DNA from: Gemmata obscuriglobus
Lineage (GTDB): Bacteria > Planctomycetota > Planctomycetia > Gemmatales > Gemmataceae
Direction of reading: 5' to 3'
Assembly (NCBI RefSeq): GCF_008065095.1
Contig: NZ_CP042911.1
Location: 1,470,001 to 1,502,000 of the forward strand
DNA: 32,000 nt
This document shows positions 24,907-32,000 of the stretch, in pieces. How positions within the stretch are numbered: the stretch's first letter is position 1; each line of letters starts with the position of its first letter. The notes under the pieces were generated by a model. That model did no database searches. It worked only from the letters and a program-made list of their open reading frames with translations, and had not been told where the DNA came from. A program made the position numbers and the translations under genes.

Positions 24907-25001
24907 GGGAGCGTTTGCACGACTGGTGTCGGCCCAGGTCTTCAAAACCTGTGTAGGGTGTGAACAACGCTCTAGGTGGGTTCGATTCCCATCCGCTCCC
25001 G
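24907..25001 (+). tRNA. selC: tRNA-Sec (anticodon UCA)
   Basis: Hand-folded cloverleaf. Acceptor GGGAGCG/CGCTCCC (7 bp). T arm GGTGGG-TTCGATT-CCCATC (6 bp), so the acceptor/T helix totals 13 bp. Anticodon arm CAGGT-CTTCAAA-ACCTG, with U33 and A37 flanking TCA. Long variable arm of 7 bp (TAGGGTG/CGCTCTA). 4-bp D stem with a 4-nt loop. 95 nt; CCA not encoded. Confidence 0.75.
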
Positions 25002-25663
25002 CTGAAATCATGTCGCGTCCCCTGGTTCGCGTTCGAGCGCGGGGAAGGGCGGGGGGCCGGTTCCGTTCGGCACACCCCGCACATTCCGATCGCATTCCCC
25101 TCAAAACGCACTTCCGGCAGTTTTCCCGGCCCGCGTGGGTCCGTCGGCCCCGGTTCGCGTCCCACAGCGGAAACCCATGCCCCGATACATCCCCGCCACA
25201 ACTAGCGACCCGATCACACGTTGCGGCGCCTTCACTCACCGAAGCCGGCAACCCTTCTGCGTTCACCGGGAGCGTTCTCCGGGTTTTGCGGGCACGATTC
25301 GGTGGTAGCGGCGACCAGCGAGCGGGTAGCGAATCGGCAGTCCGAAGCCCCGCAGATGTCCAGTCGTGGCCCCATCGCCTGTTTCGCGTGCCTTGTAACC
25401 CCCGTTACAGCCCCGCGCGGGCACGATGCGCCCGAATGGGGCGGTGCGTGCGCGCGGACCGTCCCCCTACTTAACTGATGGCACCGCACGCGATCCGGCG
25501 GACGCCACGCGCGGTTGAAGAGTGTCGGTGGTGGGGAAGGGCGGTCTGGCTGGCACCCGTGGTTCGACCGTGGCTCGTCGAACCAGGGGGGGGCAACCGA
25601 ATTTCCAGTTGGTGTGGCGCATCCCCGCCGCCCATTAACATGAGCAAGGGGCAAGAGGTGCCT

Positions 25664-25673
25664 CCGTTCGGTC
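25664..25673. repeat. target-site duplication (CCGTTCGGTC), left copy
   Basis: Identical 10-mer abuts the other IS end at 26903..26912. Confidence 0.8.
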
Positions 25674-26902
25674 CAGGGCTACTCAGAGATTGAAGCCGGG
25701 GCGTTAAGTAGGTCCAGGGCGAGGTCGGGTCGGGCGACCATGGCCCGGGTTGCCGCGGCCACACTGGGGTGTTCGGCGTTCCGCAACAGGTACACGGCGA
25801 CGTTCCGTAGGGACGCCAACGCGCGTGGGGCGTGACCGCGCCGCACCCGGCACCGGTCCTCGCCGAGCGTCACGTCGCGGGTGTAATGCAACCCGTTCTC
25901 GATACCCCAGTGGCGGCGTGAGTAACCTAACAGGGCGGCCGCGTCGGCCGCCAAGCGGCTGAGGCTGGTGATCCCGTACACGACCTCCACCGTGGCCTTC
26001 CCGTTCGCCTTCCGGCGGCGCTCCAGTCGGAACACCTGTCCCAGGCCCGGCCAGTGGCTCAAGTACCCGTTGAGCCACGTCGTGGTGGTGATCGTCCGCC
26101 GCTCGACACGCCCGTGTCCCTTGCGGTGGTCGGTTGCCGTGCTCGCGTCCTCAGCCCACTGTGCCGGAACCGAGGGGGGAAAAGCCGCCGGACTCGGCAG
26201 CGAAGGCGGTCTCAATGTCCCGCCGCAGCTCGGACTGGTTGCCCTTGGCGTAGAGGATGTAATCGCCGCCCTTCTGGACCACCTTCGCGCACACGTCGGC
26301 GTGGGTAAACATGGCGTCGGCCGTGACCACGGTCCCGCCCAGCGAGGGCAGCACGTCCAGCAACCGGAGGGCCGCCTTGTGCTCGTTGGTGGTGGCTTCG
26401 ACGGTCATCTGGGCGAGCACCGCGGACGCCTGGGGGGCGTACGCGGCCAGCAGGTGGGTGCCCGGCACGTCCCCGTCCCGGGACCCGCACAACCGCTTGC
26501 CGTCCAACGCCAGGTGCTCCCACCCGTCCGGGTGCCGGTCCTCCAGCCATGCGCCGATGATCCGGTCCAGGTGGTCGGCGTCCAACTTCCGCAGCAACCC
26601 GGCAATGGTATTAGCGCACGGCATGTTGCCGTTCTTGAACCCCAGCGCGTGGCCCAGCCGCTTCTGGCGGAGACGGCCGAACTGGGCGATGGCCGCGGGC
26701 GTGGTGTGACCGGCCAGGATCGCCACCAGGCACAGGGTCAGCAGACCCACCAGCGGGTACTGGCGACCGTGCCGGCTCCGCGGGTCCGGTAACTCGGCCA
26801 ACCGCTCAACCAGTGACCCGGGCATCGACGACTCCCGAATGAGGAGTCGCTCACATACCCAGATGCAGCACCTTGCCCAAGGTCAATCCGTGCGTAGCCC
26901 TG
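25674..26902 (-). mobile_element. ISAs1-family insertion sequence
   Basis: Terminal inverted repeats CAGGGCTAC (25674..25682) and GTAGCCCTG (26894..26902), extending imperfectly for about 22 bp. Flanked by a 10-bp direct duplication. ISAs1-type transposase inside. Confidence 0.85.
25679..26825 (-). pseudogene. ISAs1-family (H-repeat-associated type) DDE transposase, frameshifted
   Basis: N-part 26151..26825 (LPDPRSRHGRQYPL...TADAMFTH...). C-part 25679..26215 (KGHGRVERR...HWGIENGLHYTRDVTLGEDRCRVR). The two frames overlap at the G6/A4 homopolymer run 26174..26183. Confidence 0.8.
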
Positions 26903-26912
26903 CCGTTCGGTC
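26903..26912. repeat. target-site duplication (CCGTTCGGTC), right copy
   Basis: See 25664..25673. Confidence 0.8.
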
Positions 26913-27125
26913 TTGACCGGCCACGCCGTGCGGGGAATGGTGCGAATCGGAGAATAGGGATGAAACGGTCATTCTCGACGCCATGCGTTTGCTGTTAACA
27001 TGAGTGGGATGCGGCGTTACGGGGCAGTTCGGCGGTGCGGCGTAGTCAGCCCTTTACCTCACACAATCGCAATGTCGTTTTTTCACCGCATCTGATGTCT
27101 CGGTCCAGCTCCACCAGGCCCAATC

Positions 27126-28109
27126 ATGAACGCAGATATCCTGAAACGCCTGGTGCGGGCCATCGCTGAAGGGGCTCAAGACGACCTGAACTCTCTTGCC
27201 CAAAAAGTCATCGAGACGGAGCGGGAAAGCGGGCATAGTAAGCTCGCCGGCGAACTCGACAGGATTCTTCAACGCACCCGCCAGCGTGGCCCAACCACCC
27301 CGGCACCGGACCTCCGCGAACTGCCCAGTAGCCGTCGCAACCGTGAGCTGCTCGTCTCGCTGCACCAACGCGACACCCTCGAACACTCGATGGTCTTGCC
27401 GGCAGACGTTGAAGAGCGCTTCGCCCGGGTCGAACGCGAGTACGCCGCCCGTGAGCGGCTCTCGGCCTACGGACTGCAACCGCGGAAGCGTGTGCTTCTT
27501 TACGGCCCGCCCGGCTGCGGCAAATCGCTCGGGGCCAAGCGGCTCGCCTGGAACACCACGTTGCCGCTCATGAAGGTGCGGTTCGACGCCCTGCTCTCGT
27601 CGTACTTCGGTGAATCGGCGGCGAACCTTCGGATGGTGTTCGAGGCGGCCAAGGAGCGGCCCTGTGTGCTGCTCCTGGACGAGTGCGACTTCATCGCCCG
27701 CTCCCGGACCGGGAGCCGCGACATCGGAGAGGCGTCGCGCGTTGTGAACGCACTGCTCCAGTTCCTGGACGAGTACGACGCACCGGGTATACTGGTTGCG
27801 ACAACCAACGTCGAAGAGTCACTTGACGAAGCTATTTTCCGCCGCTTCGACGACGTGTTCCTGATCCCTCTGCCCGGTCACACCGAGATCGAGCGCCTCC
27901 TCAGGCTGACACTTTCTGCCATCAAGGTTGGAAAGGTGGATTGGAACGCGGTCACCGGTGCGCTCGCGGGCGCCTCCGCGGCATACGTCGTCAAAGCCGC
28001 TCGGGACGCGGCGAAGGCGGCGGTTCTGGCCGGTCGAAAGGTCGTCGAGGAAGGCGACCTTCAACGGGCCATCGGCGAGATCAGAAAAGGTAATTCCTCC
28101 ACACCGTAG
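27126..28109 (+). CDS. classical AAA+ ATPase (IetA-like partner of the S8 protease)
   Basis: Walker A LLYGPPGCGKS, Walker B VLLLDECD, sensor/second region of homology ATTNVEESLDEAIFRRFD. About 130-aa helical N-terminal extension. Stop is 8 nt before the next start. Confidence 0.9.
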   Translation: MNADILKRLVRAIAEGAQDDLNSLAQKVIETERESGHSKLAGELDRILQRTRQRGPTTPAPDLRELPSSRRNRELLVSLHQRDTLEHSMVLPADVEERFARVEREYAARERLSAYGLQPRKRVLLYGPPGCGKSLGAKRLAWNTTLPLMKVRFDALLSSYFGESAANLRMVFEAAKERPCVLLLDECDFIARSRTGSRDIGEASRVVNALLQFLDEYDAPGILVATTNVEESLDEAIFRRFDDVFLIPLPGHTEIERLLRLTLSAIKVGKVDWNAVTGALAGASAAYVVKAARDAAKAAVLAGRKVVEEGDLQRAIGEIRKGNSSTP

Positions 28110-28117
28110 ACCGCTAC

Positions 28118-30769
28118 ATGCCGCCCACAAACAAGCCCTTCCCGCACCTACCACTCATCCTTCGCTACGACGGTCCCGCTCGCTCCGGGAAGCCACCACA
28201 CGGCGACCCGCGAACGAGGCTCGCCAAAGAGAACCGATCGGGGCACGGCGGCGGGCTCACCAACTCCGCCGCGAACGCTTCGGCCGCGTGGAGGCTACGG
28301 TTCGAGGACCGCGAACGGGCCAACTTGCCGGTTCTTCCGAAGAACGTCCCGCTCGTTCTCGAAGTGGACACGTCCCTCGACCTCGACGAGTTGCGCAAGA
28401 ACTTCGGCTTCGAGTTGGTCTCCGAGCAGGAGGACGGGTACGTCATCGTCGCCTCGGAAGACCTCGACCTGAGCCTCTTTCTGAAAAAGCTCCAAGACTT
28501 TATTGCTCAGGTGAAGGGCTCGGCCACCGTCGCGGCAATTTACCGGCTCGAAGACGACCCCGACCAATCGAAGCGGCTCTCCCGCATCCTCTCCGAACGG
28601 CTGCTGAGCGAATGGCCCACCCTCGCAGAAAACGGAGATTACATCGTAGACGTGGGGATCGCATGCAGCGGACAGATTCAAATCCCGCCCCAACCCGGCG
28701 CTCCCAAACGGAACCACCGCTGGTCCGATATGACCTGGGCGAAGCGGCAGGGCGAACACGCAACGAAAATGAAGGACTGGACCGAGCAGCGGAATGCCGC
28801 CTACATGGCCTGGCAAGACCTCGCCGACGCCAGGTATAACGAAGTGAGTGCGATTGTCAACTTTTACGGCGGGAGCATCCTCAGCCAGTCCGACAAGCCG
28901 CACACCGACACGGCTCTCGCCGACAGCTTCACGCTCCGCATCCGCCTCAACGGCAAGGGGCTCCGCGACCTCGTGCTGAACTACTCATTCATCTTCGAGG
29001 TCGTGGAACCCGATGACGTCTCGCTGCCGCAGGTACTGCGTGAGGCCGTCGCACGCGATAAGGAGAGTGTCACCCTCGTTCCCCCACCGCCGAACGCCCC
29101 GGCCGTGTGCGTCGTCGACAGCGGCCTTCAGCACGAGCACTACCTGCTCGAACCCGCCGTCGATCGGGACGCGGCCTTCTGCTTCCTACCGGGTGCCTCT
29201 CCCACCGACGTTGCCGATTACGTAAGGCCCGGGGGCCACGGAACACGTGTCGCGGGGGCCATTCTGTACGGCGAATCAATCCCTCGCTCGGGGAGCTACG
29301 AACTCGCGTGCTGGCTCCAAAACGCCCGCGTGCTCGACGCCGAATGCAGACTGCCCGACCGGCTCTTTCCCCCGGCCCTCCTGAACGAGCTGATTCGGCG
29401 CTTCCACGAGGGGCCGCGAAGGACCCGGATTTTCAACCACTCGATTACCGCCAGTGCCGCATGCCGGACGCGGCACATGTCGGCGTGGGCGGCAGAAATT
29501 GACCAACTCTCGCACCTCCACGACGTGCTCTTCGTGGTCAGCTCCGGTAACCTCTATTCTTCTGGCACGGCCGCTATTCCCGGAGTGCGTCAGCACTTGG
29601 TCGCCGGTCGCACGCACCCCGACTACTTGTGCGAGGCCGCGTGCCGCGTCGCGAACCCGGCCCAAAGCCTCCAGGCCCTCACGGTCGGCTCCATTAGTTA
29701 CCGAGAGTTTGAAGACCCCGATTGGTTGTCGTGTGCCCGGCAGGCGCATCACCCCTCGGCCTTCTCACGAAGCGGTCTCGGCATTTGGAACACAATTAAA
29801 CCCGAAGTCGTCGAGTTCGGAGGCGACAACCTCGTCTCGCGTAACACGCCCCCCGACGTCGGCACCCCGCCGTGCGGTCGTGAGTGCTACCCCGAGCTTG
29901 TCCGCTCGACGATGCACTCGCCCGGCCCCGCCTACGAGCGAGACGTCGCGGGAACCTCGTTCGCCGCTCCGAAAGTGAGCCGCATCGCCGCACACCTCCA
30001 AGACGTTCTGCCGGACGAATCGTGCCTGCTCTACCGGGCTCTGATTGTTCAGTCGGCCCGCTGGCCGGGGTGGACCAGGAACGCCACGCCCGCGGAACAG
30101 GGCAACATCATCCGATGGATCGGGTACGGCGTGCCCGACATCGAGCGGGCTTCATCGAACACCGAGCACCGCACAACGCTTGTGACCAGCGGCGACCGAA
30201 CGATTAAGGCCCGCGGGTGCCACATCTACCAAGTTCCCATCGACGCCGAGATTCGTCGGCCGGGCAGCGACTACGACGTACTCGTTGAAGTCACCCTCTC
30301 GTATTCGGCCGAGCCGCGCCGAACGCGGAGGAACCGCCGCCGTTACCTGTCAACGTGGCTCGACTGGAAGAGCAGCAATCAGGGCGAACCGCTCGAAGCG
30401 TTTCGTCGCCGGGCCATCAAAACGGAAACGGAAGATGAGGGCGCGGGCGCCCCGTTCGCCTGGGTGGTCGGAAGCAGCGCCAATCACGGAACCGTCCGCG
30501 GTGTGTCGCGAAGCGCCGGGACGGTCCAGAAAGATTGGGCAATCGTCAAGTCGAATGCCCTACCCGAGGACTTTTGCATCGCTGTTGTGGGCCACGAGGG
30601 GTGGAGTAAAGACCCCGACTCCGCAGCGACGTACACGCTTGCCGTCAGCGTGGAAATGGTGGGGAAAGAGATTCCGATTTACGAACGTCTTCGGGTCTCC
30701 GTGGATAACCTGCGAGCAGAGGTCGAGGTCGAAACCGAAGTCGAAGCAGAGATCGAAGCCCTCGGATAG
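28118..30769 (+). CDS. large subtilisin-family (S8) serine protease with unassigned ~330-aa N-terminal and ~250-aa C-terminal regions (IetS-like)
   Basis: Catalytic triad motifs in canonical order: VCVVDSG (Asp334, nt 29117), GHGTRVAG (His374, nt 29237), GTSFAAPKV (Ser614, nt 29957). No signal peptide apparent. Confidence 0.9.
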   Translation: MPPTNKPFPHLPLILRYDGPARSGKPPHGDPRTRLAKENRSGHGGGLTNSAANASAAWRLRFEDRERANLPVLPKNVPLVLEVDTSLDLDELRKNFGFELVSEQEDGYVIVASEDLDLSLFLKKLQDFIAQVKGSATVAAIYRLEDDPDQSKRLSRILSERLLSEWPTLAENGDYIVDVGIACSGQIQIPPQPGAPKRNHRWSDMTWAKRQGEHATKMKDWTEQRNAAYMAWQDLADARYNEVSAIVNFYGGSILSQSDKPHTDTALADSFTLRIRLNGKGLRDLVLNYSFIFEVVEPDDVSLPQVLREAVARDKESVTLVPPPPNAPAVCVVDSGLQHEHYLLEPAVDRDAAFCFLPGASPTDVADYVRPGGHGTRVAGAILYGESIPRSGSYELACWLQNARVLDAECRLPDRLFPPALLNELIRRFHEGPRRTRIFNHSITASAACRTRHMSAWAAEIDQLSHLHDVLFVVSSGNLYSSGTAAIPGVRQHLVAGRTHPDYLCEAACRVANPAQSLQALTVGSISYREFEDPDWLSCARQAHHPSAFSRSGLGIWNTIKPEVVEFGGDNLVSRNTPPDVGTPPCGRECYPELVRSTMHSPGPAYERDVAGTSFAAPKVSRIAAHLQDVLPDESCLLYRALIVQSARWPGWTRNATPAEQGNIIRWIGYGVPDIERASSNTEHRTTLVTSGDRTIKARGCHIYQVPIDAEIRRPGSDYDVLVEVTLSYSAEPRRTRRNRRRYLSTWLDWKSSNQGEPLEAFRRRAIKTETEDEGAGAPFAWVVGSSANHGTVRGVSRSAGTVQKDWAIVKSNALPEDFCIAVVGHEGWSKDPDSAATYTLAVSVEMVGKEIPIYERLRVSVDNLRAEVEVETEVEAEIEALG

Positions 30770-30853
30770 GACGATCGAGCCACTCACGCCTGGGAACATT
30801 TTGAAGGGACGGCAATTTGCCAGTCATCGAGTTCGGGCCGTTCCAGCAACTGA

Positions 30854-31525
30854 AAAGGCCCGAACCCGCCGTTCAGCTACCGGTGGGAGCCGGACGGGGC
30901 GATGAGCGAGGACCCGCGGTTCAAGGCCCACGGCGTGGCCCCGAAGAGCGCGGCCGACTTCGCGTTCCTGCTGCACGGGCTGCACGACCTGAAGGACGAC
31001 GGGGTGATGGCGATCATCCTGCCGCACGGGGTGCTGTTCCGCGGCGGCGCGGAAGAGCGCATCCGCACGAAGCTGCTGACCGACGGGCACATCGACACCG
31101 TCATCGGGCTGCCGCCGAACCTGTTCTACTCGACGGGCATTCCGGTCTGCGTGCTGGTGCTGAAGAAGTGTAAGAAGCCGGAGGACGTGCTGTTCATCAA
31201 CGCGGCCGAGCACTTCGCGAAGGGGAAGCGGCAGAACCGTCTGGAGCCCGAGCACATCGCGCGGATCATTGCGACGTACCAGGACCGCCCGGAGAAGGTC
31301 GAGCGCTACGCCCGTCGGGTGGGGATGAAGGAGATCGAGGCGAACGAGTACAACCTGAACATCTCGCGCTACGTCAGCACCGCCGAGCAGGAGGGGGAAG
31401 TGAAGCTGGATGAGGTCCATTCCGAACTGGTCGCGATCGAGAACGCCCTCCGGGCCGCGACCGAGAAGCACAACCGCTTCCTCAAGGAGCTGGGGCTGTC
31501 GCTGCTCCCGTCGGGGGACCAGTGA
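30854..31525 (+). pseudogene. hsdM: type I restriction-modification methyltransferase HsdM, 5'-truncated remnant
   Basis: The frame opens directly after a TGA at 30851 and reads KGPNPPFSYRWE... (NPPF motif IV at 30863..30874). It continues DFAFLLH...ILPHGVLFRGGAEERIRTKLL...IGLPPNLFYSTGIPVCVLVL...YNLNISRYV. The N-terminal AdoMet-binding half is absent. Confidence 0.8.
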
Positions 31526-31625
31526 TACCGAATCCAGTAGTTTCAAGTTGGGCGATTTATGAGTAGCGGGCCGCATGGGTTTACCGGTCAATGGTGGTTA
31601 CCACGCCTCCACTGTCGGAGCCCCC

Positions 31626-32000
31626 ATGCGACCCAAACGTCAGTCTATCCGAGCCACCCCGGCCCACGCCACCCGGCACCTCCGTCCGGTCCTGACCGAC
31701 TGGCTCGGCCGTGCGGTCCAACTGCCCAAGCGTCGCCGCACCTGTACACCCGAGGTGGTGTGGCGGGTGGTGCTGTTCGCCGCGGCGTTCGCCCGCTCGG
31801 TGGCCGCGGCCTGTGCCGCGATCGCCGACGCCCCGTCCGGGCAGGCCATCTGGGATTGCTTGTACCTCACGCTGCCCAAGCGGCGCCGCACCCTCGAGCG
31901 GCGGTTGCGGCCGGCCCTCCACGCCCCGCTCGGCAAGCGGAAGCGGGCGGCTCGGGTCGCGATCGACTACCACCGGATCGGGTACTTCGGGACGCCGAAC
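31626..32000 (+). CDS. IS4-like DDE transposase, N-terminal part (runs off the window)
   Basis: My own translation from ATG 31626 has no stop to the window end: MRPKRQSIRAT...TPEVVWRVVLFAAAFARSVAAACAAIADAPSGQAIWDCLY...RVAIDYHRIGYFGTPN. The pattern resembles IS4/IS701-type N-termini with the first catalytic Asp in AIDYH. This ORF is not in the supplied track. Confidence 0.5.
   Translation, partial: MRPKRQSIRATPAHATRHLRPVLTDWLGRAVQLPKRRRTCTPEVVWRVVLFAAAFARSVAAACAAIADAPSGQAIWDCLYLTLPKRRRTLERRLRPALHAPLGKRKRAARVAIDYHRIGYFGTPN

Noticed and set aside
25637-25646. 10-bp repeat TTAACATGAG, also at 26996..27005, flanking the ISAs1 element at a distance.
   Set aside because: Unpositioned 10-mer matches are expected by chance many times in a 32-kb window. 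The genuine duplication is the 10-mer that directly abuts both IS termini.
27054-27479. 141-aa minus-strand ORF overlapping the start of the AAA+ ATPase gene, considered as a possible third component or antitoxin-like gene.
   Set aside because: It is almost entirely antisense to the well-supported ATPase CDS, has no recognisable motif, and shows no independent start context.

Overview
High-GC chromosomal window. A Planctomycete/Gemmata-like origin is only a guess from composition. It holds two accessory regions separated by housekeeping-type genes.

(1) 1248..16707 is a ~15.5 kb integrative phage-like element.
- It is bounded by a perfect 26-bp direct repeat (attL 1248..1273, attR 16682..16707).
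- It is inserted into the first 9 codons of a zinc-ribbon membrane-protein gene.
- It carries a tyrosine integrase, an excisionase-like HTH, a divergent XRE switch, an ECF-like sigma factor, an HK97-type prohead protease and an HNH endonuclease.
- It also carries a repeat-dense putative replication/ori module, split by a 7-bp tandem-repeat copy-number frameshift.
- Three visibly AT-richer cargo genes are present. One is a pentapeptide-repeat/transmembrane protein with its own terminator.
- An intact-looking IS3-family element is inserted inside it.
- I see no recognisable large terminase, portal or major capsid gene, so it may be a satellite or a relic.

(2) 16.7-24.7 kb is ordinary chromosome: secreted/hypothetical proteins, an MFS transporter, a patch of gene fragments, an ArsB/NhaD-type permease, a sensor histidine kinase and an NtrC-type sigma54 activator.

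(3) 24907..25001 is a tRNA-Sec (anticodon UCA). An accessory island follows it directly.
- An ISAs1-family IS with a 10-bp target duplication and a frameshifted transposase.
- A tightly linked AAA+ ATPase + S8 subtilase pair, the top candidate system. It has the same architecture as the ietAS defence pair, whose mechanism is unknown.
- A 5'-truncated type I R-M hsdM remnant.
- The start of another IS4-like transposase, which runs off the window.

Many long ORFs on the opposite strand in the 17-25 kb stretch are high-GC artefacts.
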